Positions 10,361 through 18,408 of a stretch of DNA of 64,000 bases are shown piece by piece. The stretch spans positions 243,022 through 307,021 of the forward strand of contig JBGANV010000007.1 in assembly GCA_044222185.1 (NCBI GenBank), given 5' to 3'. The notes under the pieces were generated by a model that did no database searches, was not told the origin of the DNA, and saw only the letters and a program-made list of their open reading frames with translations. Within the stretch, counting starts at the first letter, position 1, and each line of letters opens with the position of its first letter. Both the position numbers and the translations under genes were made by a program. This stretch comes from Planctomycetota bacterium. GTDB taxonomy: Bacteria; Planctomycetota; GCA-002687715; CAIWVZ01.

Positions 10361-11413
10361 CTACCGAGTGGCGGTCGGGGCCGACTCGACGACGTCGGTG
10401 TACTCGGCGCCGTCCACATCCTTGCGGAAGATCATGAACATCGCGGTGAAAGCGCCGGAAATCCACGAGAGGACGGCGCCGTCGACGACGACGTTCAGGA
10501 TCCAGTACATGGCCGAGTGGAGCTTTGCGCAGAGCCAGGCGAAGCCTGACAGGTCGGACCCGTCGCCGCGGACGATCTTCTCGAGCGTCGCGCTGGCCCA
10601 GGGTGGCGTCACGAGCCGCGCAACGTGCTGACGGAGCGCGTCCGCGTCGAACACGATGTTCTCGACGATGTGGACGAAGGCCGCAAGCAACAGCAGGTAG
10701 AAGATCACGACGAATGGCCGTGCGAAGAAGTAGTTGTAGGCCTTGCCGATCGCGTCGTAGGTCCCACGACGCTCGGTGGCGATGGCGGCCGGTGTCAGTC
10801 CCAGGCTCAGGATGCCCGTGATGCCGATGAGCTTGAAAACGATCGTGAACAGGAACGTGACGGGAAGGAGGAGGAAGCTCGCGATCCATCCGATCCAGGG
10901 GACCGACGCGACGAGCCCGATGATCGCGACCACCAACCAGATCACGGCCATCGGCGCGATCACGCACGGGGCGTGAAGCAGGCTCGTGAAGCGCGTCCCC
11001 CAGGCGAAGGTGAACGCTTCGCGCAGGGAGATGTACTGGTCGCGGGCGATGCGCACGGCCATGATCCGCGCGAGCGCGACGGAGCTGATCGACCAGATGA
11101 GGTAGGCGCCCACGCACTGAAGCGAAAAGACCAGCGCGTAGTGGTCACGGAGCGCGACCTGGGCGTCTGCGGGCACGGCGGGAGCGACGTCCGCCCAGGC
11201 GCCGGTCAGGACCCAGCGGACGATGGATGTCTGGAAACCTCGCACGCAGGCTTCGGCGACCGTGAGGTCGCCGGCGCCGGTCAGCAGGGCGACGATCCAC
11301 GTCCAGGCGTGGAACGTGGCCACGGCGGCCGCTCCGATGCCGATGGCGTAGACCGACACCGGAAACCAGAGCACGCGGCTGAACTTGAAGACCTGATTCG
11401 CGTCGCTTTCCAC
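10361..11413 (-). CDS. Hypothetical integral membrane protein
   Basis: About 6 hydrophobic segments, ending MIFRKDVDG. Confidence 0.8.
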   Translation of the reverse strand: MESDANQVFKFSRVLWFPVSVYAIGIGAAAVATFHAWTWIVALLTGAGDLTVAEACVRGFQTSIVRWVLTGAWADVAPAVPADAQVALRDHYALVFSLQCVGAYLIWSISSVALARIMAVRIARDQYISLREAFTFAWGTRFTSLLHAPCVIAPMAVIWLVVAIIGLVASVPWIGWIASFLLLPVTFLFTIVFKLIGITGILSLGLTPAAIATERRGTYDAIGKAYNYFFARPFVVIFYLLLLAAFVHIVENIVFDADALRQHVARLVTPPWASATLEKIVRGDGSDLSGFAWLCAKLHSAMYWILNVVVDGAVLSWISGAFTAMFMIFRKDVDGAEYTDVVESAPTATR

Positions 11414-11559
11414 GCAGAGTCTCGGGTGACCGTCGCCTTCGGTCAGGATGGCACGAGTGAAGATCGGGTCACGCGGTCAGTGGGGCCGCCGCGTACGGGG
11501 CCCATCGTATGGACCGCGACTTTGGCGAACAAGCCGCACCGCACTGGTATAAGCAGGCC

Positions 11560-12600
11560 ATGAATGACGATCGGGCCCGTGCACCGCGATACGCGCGCCA
11601 GACCGCGTTCCCCCCAATCGGAATCGAAGGTCAGCGCCGGCTCCTGGAATCGCGCGTGGTCGTCGTCGGAGCGGGTGCGCTCGGGGCGTCGATCGGTGAG
11701 CAGCTCGCGCGTAGCGGAATCGGGTTCATCCGCATTCTCGATCGAGACATCCTCGAGGAGTCGAATCTCGGGCGCCAGTCGCTCTACACGGCGGACGACG
11801 TGCGTCGCCGCATGCCGAAGGCCGCCGCGCTCGCGTCTCATTTGAAGGAGTTCAACCCGCAGATCGAGATCGAGGCGCGGGTCGCCGATCTCGCGCCGGA
11901 CAACGTGACCGACCATTTCGCCGACGCTCACCTGATCATCGACGGTGCGGACAACCTGGAGACGCGGTACCTCATCAACGATTTCGCGGTGCGTGGCGGA
12001 ACACCGTGGATCTACGGCGGGTGCGTCGGGAGTCGCGGGTTGACGGCGACGGTCCTTCCGGGCGTAACCCCCTGCCTGCGCTGCCTCTTTCCCGAGGCGC
12101 CACCTGCGGGCACGGTCGAGACCTGCGAGACATCGGGGATCATCGCGCCGGCAGCGACCTTGATCGCGAGCCTCGAGGTCGCCGAGGCTCTGAAAGTCCT
12201 CGTCGGCACCACAGACCGCGTGCGTCGCGGCTGGCTCTCCGTGGACCTCTGGTCTTTCCGGATCGTCGAGCTGGGAGCCGACACGACACCCGATCCCGAG
12301 TGCCCCTGTTGTGGTCGGCGCGAGTTCCCTCATCTCGACGGAGTCAACCGGTCGCGCGCGGTCACGTTCTGCGGGCGGGACTCCGTGCAGATCGTCCCGG
12401 CAAAGCGGGCACCCGTCGAACTCGCCCAGTTCGAGATGCGCTGGCGCGCACTCGGTGCCGTCGACCGCAACGAGTTCCTCGTCGTCCTGACGCTCCCCGA
12501 ACATGCCATCACGCTTTTCGCCGACGGTCGCGCCCTGATCCGCGGCACCCGCGATCCCGGGATCGCACGCTCGATCTTCGACCGCTACGTCGGTTCCTGA
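11560..12600 (+). CDS. moeB: ThiF/MoeB-family adenylyltransferase
   Basis: RYARQ, VGAGALG, DRD.LEESNLGRQ, DGADNLETR, CLRC and CPCC zinc motifs. TGGTATAAG extended -10-like element upstream. Confidence 0.88.
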   Translation: MNDDRARAPRYARQTAFPPIGIEGQRRLLESRVVVVGAGALGASIGEQLARSGIGFIRILDRDILEESNLGRQSLYTADDVRRRMPKAAALASHLKEFNPQIEIEARVADLAPDNVTDHFADAHLIIDGADNLETRYLINDFAVRGGTPWIYGGCVGSRGLTATVLPGVTPCLRCLFPEAPPAGTVETCETSGIIAPAATLIASLEVAEALKVLVGTTDRVRRGWLSVDLWSFRIVELGADTTPDPECPCCGRREFPHLDGVNRSRAVTFCGRDSVQIVPAKRAPVELAQFEMRWRALGAVDRNEFLVVLTLPEHAITLFADGRALIRGTRDPGIARSIFDRYVGS

Positions 12601-12970
12601 ACCCGCCGAAGCGTTCGTGTTCACGTCGCCGGGCTTGGAGCGACAGGCTCGGCCTGGCCGGAGCGCTCGGGCTTTGCGCGACGCCGCGAACGTCGACCAG
12701 CGGTTCTGCCCGAGGCACGCGTCGACGGCCATCGCCGGCAGCACCGCGGGCCTGAGAGCGGCGGGAGGAACCGGCACGGCAGAGCCCTCCCGTTCACCCA
12801 TGCAGCGAGCGCCGCACGCTGCCGTTTTCGGTGACCTCCTCTACCGCGCTCGATCGCCGCGCTCTGCGGGTTTCACTGCCCGCGCTCCTTCGCTTTCGAC
12901 CCCCGCGCCGTTTCGTTTTCGGTGATGCGTTCACGGCCGCAAGCGTCGAGCGACCGGTTACCACTCCTGC

Positions 12971-13089
12971 GACGCCGCGGACACGCCGACGCTCCGGACA
13001 CGCCGACGCCGTGGACACGCCGACGCCGTGGACACGCCGACGCCGTGGACACGCCGACGCCGTGGACACGCCGACGCCGCGAACATGCC
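12971..13089. repeat. 17-bp tandem repeat, 7 copies (GACGCCGTGGACACGCC)
   Basis: Four perfect central copies at 13005-13072 flanked by three degenerate copies. No spacers. Confidence 0.9.
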
Positions 13090-13830
13090 GGCGTCGCGTC
13101 GTAGTTGTTCCTGATGTCGCTCACGCCCGGCAGGATCGCCGCCCGCAGGGTCGCCGTCGGCCGTGTCGCCGTCGGCGGCGCGTAGCTCACGTGGCTGCGG
13201 AAGCGCACGAACGGAAGGCCCTGGACCTCGTGGGTGTACGCCGCGAGGATCGGTCGCCTGTCGGTTGTCGTCACTTTCGGGACCGTGAGGTCGGAAGCAG
13301 GGGGCTACGGCGCGCTGTCGACGGTCCCGAGCGCACCCACGCCGGGGACCTCGAGCGTGTCGCCAGGCGTGTTGCCGAGGGATGCAGACTCGAGGACCGA
13401 GGTGTAGTCCGGGGCGCCAGAACCCGAGTCGCGCGAGCTCGAGACCGGGTCCGCGGTCGCGCTGTTGGCGTAGGGGAAGGCCACGGTGCTGACAACGGCC
13501 CCCGTCCCCGGGAGGTTGATGAACCCGGTCGGCACCGTCCCCTCGCGGCCTCGGTCGGGGCGAGCCCCGTGCCTCCGGCCTCGGAGGCCTGCTCTGAGCA
13601 GCCCTGCTGCTCGATGACGGCGCCACGGCGCGGTGCACCGTCGACAGGCATGACGACCGCCGCCGCGACCGCGACCATGACGCACGGCTGGATCCAGCTA
13701 CCGCCACCGGAACCGGTGCCGCCTTGGCCGGAGAGCGGCGAACCGAGTGCGCCGTCCGGCGTTCCCTGCATGGCGGCGCCGCGCCGTCCAGAGCCTGATC
13801 GAAGCCCGGCGCACCGCATCGAGCCGATCC
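13083..13830 (-). pseudogene. Decayed C-terminal copy of the adjacent Gly-rich lipoprotein paralogs
   Basis: Fragments in different frames match the paralog C-terminus (GALGSPLSGQGGTGSGGGSWIQ..QQGCSEQAS; VPTGF..FPYAN..GAPDYTSV..SLGN; PILAA..GLPFVRFRSHVSY..ILPGVSDIRNNYD). Frameshifts, an in-frame TAG at about 13305, and no 5' half. Confidence 0.85.
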
Positions 13831-13905
13831 GCGTTTCCAGGAGTTCGCCCGATTGCCGCCCTCGAGCCGAGGCGCCTGTGACGGCGATCCGGCATCCGCG
13901 AGACA

Positions 13906-13932
13906 CGGCCGCGTGACGGAGATCACGCGGCC
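13906..13932 (-). terminator. Hairpin terminator of paralog B with weak U-tract
   Basis: GGCCGCGTGA-TCTCCG-TCACGCGGCC followed by GTGTCT. Confidence 0.6.
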
Positions 13933-13967
13933 TCGTTCATGAGGCGTCGCCGACGCCCGTCATCCGC

Positions 13968-16589
13968 TCAAGGACAGCCCGGCGCCGTGTCGTAGTTGAT
14001 CGTGATGTCGTTCACGCTCGGGAGGATCGCGCTCGGCGACGTCGTCGGTGGCGGCGGGAAGGTCACGCGGACCCGGAACCGGATCAGGGGATAGCCGTCG
14101 AGCTCGCTGATGTTCGCGGCGAGGATCGGTCCGCCGCCGGTCGCAGTCACCTTCAGCGTGGCAAGGTCGGGTGCGGGGTTCTGAGGTGTACTGTTGACGG
14201 CTTCGAAGGCGCCTTCATAGCTGATCTGGAGGGTCGCACCGGGTGCGTTGCCGAGGGAGGAACTCTCGACGACGGACGTGTAGTCCGGAGCACCGGGGCC
14301 GGAGTAGCGGAACTTCGAGATCGCGTCCCCCGATACGGCGTTGGCATACGGGAAGCTCGGTGTGCTGAGCACGGCACCGGACGGAGGCACGATCGTGAAA
14401 CCGGTCGGAACGGCACCGGAGCCCGCTTCGATCTGGATGAGTCCTTTGCCGCCTCCGCCCGCAGCCTGGTTCGAGCAGCCTTGCTGGTTGACGACAGCGC
14501 CGACGCGCGCCGGACCGTCGACGTTCATCGTCGCCGTCGTCGCAATCGAAACGGTGGCGAACGCCTGGATCCAGATCTCGCCGCCGGAGCCCGAGCCCCC
14601 GGCGCCGGACAACACGGCTCCGATCGCACCAGGCGCGCCTGCGCATCGGATCTGGCTGCCTGCGCCCTGCGTGTAGCTGCCCACACACGTGATGCGAATG
14701 GAGCCGCCACCTCCGCCGCCACCACCGCCTTGGTCGTCGGTCTGAACGGAGGCCCCGGCGCCGTCGATGTGGTCGCCACCACCGCCACCGCCAGAGCCGG
14801 CCGATGGTTCCGCGATCGGGGGAACCATGAGTGGCGATACCGGTGAAGCCGCGGAGACCGGCGGAGTGATCGGGCTGACGAGCCCGCAGAGCGTCGTGTT
14901 GGCGCGCGGACGCCCGCTCTCACCGGTCGTGCCCGCGGTGCCCCCGGCACCGCCGATACCGCCGAGGTCGCCGGCCGAGCATCCGCTGATCACGGGGAAA
15001 CATCCCGACCGGCCGCCGGCACCGCCCGCGTACAGCAGGTTTGCCGCGCCCGGAAGTCCGGGTGCACCGGTTGCGAGGCGCGGGCCGTATCCCGATTCAC
15101 CGGCGACTGCTCGCACGGCGCATGCCCCCGGGGAACCATCTCCTCCGTCACCGGCACCCGCGTTCCCAACTCCGCCCTTGGCGATGCACGAAATCCCGCC
15201 GCCGTTGTTCAGCGCCCCGGCACGCGCGCCCTGATCGGGCGTGCCGAGAACTGCGGCAGAGGACGTTCCCGCGGATGCATCGAGTGTTCCGTTGATGACG
15301 ACGTTGCCGGTGCAACGGATGTGCGCCTTGTACGGCCCGACCACGCGCAACGTGACACCAGCCGGAATGGCCACGCTCGGGAAATTGAAGAAGCCATGTC
15401 GAGTCGCCGGCGAAGCCGTGTCCAGGTTCGCGCTCGCCACGGGCGTCAACGGCGGATCCGATCCGTCGCCCGTGAGCAGCGTCGGAAACGTCGTGGTGAG
15501 CTGCCCCGTTCCATCCCACTCGCATTCCCCCGACGTCACCGCGCGGTTGGCGATGTCGTCGAAGCTCTCGGTGATCGGCGCCTGCGGAGCGGCCGCCGTC
15601 GCTGTAGTTGCGAGGAACCGCCTCGCCGAGGGGTCGCCAGCCGCCAGCGTGACGCCATTGCCGCCGAAGTCCACGATCAGGCTGCTGACCACGATCTCGT
15701 AGGTGCGCCCGGCGACGAAGGGACGGGCCGCCCTGTAGTTGATCCGCGCTCCCGGCGTGGGGGTCGGCCCGGCGTTGGCCTGGAAGAACTCGAGGTAGCC
15801 AGGGACCTGTGCACCCGTCGCAGCGTCGAGGATCTTCACATGCTCGAGGTCGACGCCTGCGGGATTGATGGGCTCGTTGAAGAGCAGGGTGACCGTGTTG
15901 TCCGCGATCGCGCAGGGGTCGATCGGGCCCGTCGCGGGGTTCGCCGTCGTGGGGATCGTGCCTGCTACGAACGGGGCGCCCGGCACGGGGTCCACGAATG
16001 TGGAGCATTGCGGCGACGCGGTCGGGCAGCCACAGGTCGTGAAGCAGGCGAGGGCGAAGTTCGAGATCGGCTTCGCATCGATGAAGAGGACGTCCGGCGA
16101 GTTGCCACCCTGCGGGACGAAGATCTGGTAGGTGGCATTGGAATACAGCCCGGCGCCGCACAGCTGGCCAATCGTGGCGGGCGAACTCGGAACGAAGGTG
16201 ACGCGGCGATTGTTGCCCGCGGGCATGGTTGGATCGTCTTGAACCAAGAATTGCCCGATGGCCGCGACCGACGTCTGCGTCGTGACGTCGACGGTCGTGA
16301 TCGAGATCGACCCGAGCGCGAGCCCGCTCTGCGGGACGTGGTTGGGGTCGACGGTACCGTCGAAGTCGAACGCGATGGGAGCGTTGAGTGCGATGCCCGT
16401 CTGACACGTTTGCGGGTCCGTGGGCGCACCGCCGGGCGCGACCCAAAGCGGCGTGTTCGTTCCGACGATCGAGATCTTGATGATCGACTTGGCTGTGGCA
16501 TGGGAGCCCTTTCCGCCGGAACAGCTCGCGAGCATCACCGCGACGAAAAGGATCGTGAATCGAGCGCACAGCGTTGGGTAACGCAGCAT
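13968..16589 (-). CDS. Gly/Cys-rich surface lipoprotein with Ig-like (Big_5-type) domains, paralog B
   Basis: Lipobox MLASC, LLFNEPINP Ig-like motif, poly-Gly C-terminal half. Collinear with 18409-21054. Confidence 0.85.
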   Translation of the reverse strand: MLRYPTLCARFTILFVAVMLASCSGGKGSHATAKSIIKISIVGTNTPLWVAPGGAPTDPQTCQTGIALNAPIAFDFDGTVDPNHVPQSGLALGSISITTVDVTTQTSVAAIGQFLVQDDPTMPAGNNRRVTFVPSSPATIGQLCGAGLYSNATYQIFVPQGGNSPDVLFIDAKPISNFALACFTTCGCPTASPQCSTFVDPVPGAPFVAGTIPTTANPATGPIDPCAIADNTVTLLFNEPINPAGVDLEHVKILDAATGAQVPGYLEFFQANAGPTPTPGARINYRAARPFVAGRTYEIVVSSLIVDFGGNGVTLAAGDPSARRFLATTATAAAPQAPITESFDDIANRAVTSGECEWDGTGQLTTTFPTLLTGDGSDPPLTPVASANLDTASPATRHGFFNFPSVAIPAGVTLRVVGPYKAHIRCTGNVVINGTLDASAGTSSAAVLGTPDQGARAGALNNGGGISCIAKGGVGNAGAGDGGDGSPGACAVRAVAGESGYGPRLATGAPGLPGAANLLYAGGAGGRSGCFPVISGCSAGDLGGIGGAGGTAGTTGESGRPRANTTLCGLVSPITPPVSAASPVSPLMVPPIAEPSAGSGGGGGGDHIDGAGASVQTDDQGGGGGGGGGSIRITCVGSYTQGAGSQIRCAGAPGAIGAVLSGAGGSGSGGEIWIQAFATVSIATTATMNVDGPARVGAVVNQQGCSNQAAGGGGKGLIQIEAGSGAVPTGFTIVPPSGAVLSTPSFPYANAVSGDAISKFRYSGPGAPDYTSVVESSSLGNAPGATLQISYEGAFEAVNSTPQNPAPDLATLKVTATGGGPILAANISELDGYPLIRFRVRVTFPPPPTTSPSAILPSVNDITINYDTAPGCP

Positions 16590-16684
16590 CACCAGACCCT
16601 CGTTCGGGTCACGACATTCTGGCCGACGAAGGCAGCACGGCGTCGACGCGATCGTAAGACCCGCTTTCTCTGCGGTTCCGGTAT

Positions 16685-16700
16685 CGCAAGGTCTGTGCCG
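16685..16700 (-). promoter_or_regulatory. Sigma54 -24/-12 promoter of paralog B
   Basis: Minus strand CGGCACAGACCTTGCG (GG-N10-GC with GGCAC and TTGC), about 95 bp upstream of ATG. Confidence 0.7.
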
Positions 16701-18341
16701 CGGGCTGGCGCGCGCAATCGCACGTGAAAGGTGGCTGCAACGCGAGGACCTGCTCCGTCTGCGTCGATCAGGAAGGCCCTCGATGCCCGCAAGACGAGCG
16801 GAACAGAACGAGCGTTCCGAGCAAATCCGCGCGCTGGCGGCACGGGTGCGCCACGCTCCACGTGGACGGCCCGCGGGGGCTTCGAGTCGGGCGCGCCCTC
16901 CGGCGCGCATCCCTCGCCACACGACGAAACGTGTCTCGTGATTCGTCGGCGTTGAACGCACAGCCCCGCACGCCGGCCACCCTCGAGCCGGCGTGGCCTA
17001 AGCGGAACGCCACGATTCGCGTGGCCGTCCCGCCAGATTTCGAGCCTCGATGGCCATCGAGCCCGGATGGCTCGCTGCTGCGCCACGTGCGGCCCGACTG
17101 CGAACGCACGACGGCACGGTGACGGACGTCGCGCCGCCGCGTCACTGCGCGTCATCGGCGCCCCTCACGGGTCAGGCGCAGCACGTTGCGCCGCCTCGAT
17201 CGATCGTCGTGCGTTGGTCGAGCCACCGTGCCTCGCACGCCCGCCATGCGGTGCCGTGGGTCGGGTCCGCAGGCTACTGACCCCGAAGTCGTCAGGCCGC
17301 CGGCGCGCCGTGCGAGCACGCGGGCGGCGATCGGTTGCCGGTGACGCAGGGCCTCGGGAATCCACCACTCCTTCCAGCCGCGCGGTTCGAGGGGCGTGCC
17401 GTCCGCGCCCGTCCTCACTCGCCGGCGCCCGTCCTGCGGCTACGTCCTCGTACCGTCGCCGACTTCTCGAGCGCTGATGACGAGCGTGGGCGTCGCCGGC
17501 GCCCCTTCCCGCAGACGTCGCTTCCGAGAACGTCCAGCTTCGTCGCCCAACTGCGACGGCGCGCGTTCGGCGGCACCGTCGTCGATCTCGAAGTGACCGA
17601 CGTCGACGCAGCGATCGAGAGCCACCCGGTTCTCCCGCGGGTCCGAGGTCCCCATGCCGATCGGCGCACGCACGAGCACTTTCGGGCGACCCGCCGTCAT
17701 CCTGTCTTCGATTCTCTTCAAGCGAGGAACCGGTTCACGCTGCCGCGATGCGCACGTCGTCTGGTGACCGCATCGATCGACGCCTGGATCTCCGCGTGAC
17801 CTTCGAGGCCGGGACCGCGGATGGGACCTCCGCCGTCACCGTGGCTCGGATCGTCCGCTGCCGGTTGGACTCCTGTTGCCTCGAAGTGGCCGTCACGGCG
17901 GCGTGAGGCGACCGAGGACTGCGTGATGGATGGAACCACGACCACGGAAACCAGTGACGGCATTGCGATCGGCCACCCGACGACGCGCATGCGGTCGCAG
18001 GAACTGCCGATTGCACGAGCCGTCCCTCCGTCGGCGACCGTCAACGGCGTGCGACCCGCTCCGTCGAGATCACTGATGCCGCCGGTCGTACGGCCGGCGA
18101 TGAAAGTCCCAGGCGTCCCCTCGACCTTCGCGAGCGGTCAACGAGTCGGAGCGATCGCGTCCGGGCGTGCCAGGGAATTCGCAGGTACTTCAACCGGCTG
18201 CCAGGGGGGACACCCGGGCGATTCCATGCCCGCTGCCATGCGAACGTCCAATGCGCAGTTCTCCGCGAGGCGACGGCGACGTCGGCACCCGCCACGGGGG
18301 CGTGCAAGCCGAGAACGGTTGCGAGCGACCGGCCCTCGACG

Positions 18342-18375
18342 AAAAACGGCCGCGTGACGGAGGTCACGCGGCCGC
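18342..18375 (-). terminator. Intrinsic terminator of paralog A
   Basis: CGGCCGCGTGAC-CTCC-GTCACGCGGCCG followed by TTTTT. Confidence 0.85.
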
Positions 18376-18408
18376 ATTCATGAGGCGTCGTCGACGCCCG
18401 TCACACGA

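Noticed and set aside
12971-13089. CRISPR array
   Set aside because: Head-to-tail 17-mers with no unique spacers, and no cas genes in the window.
13083-14700. DGR template/variable repeat pair (pseudogene vs paralog B C-terminus)
   Set aside because: Differences affect all four bases and include indels rather than being adenine-specific. No reverse transcriptase in the window.
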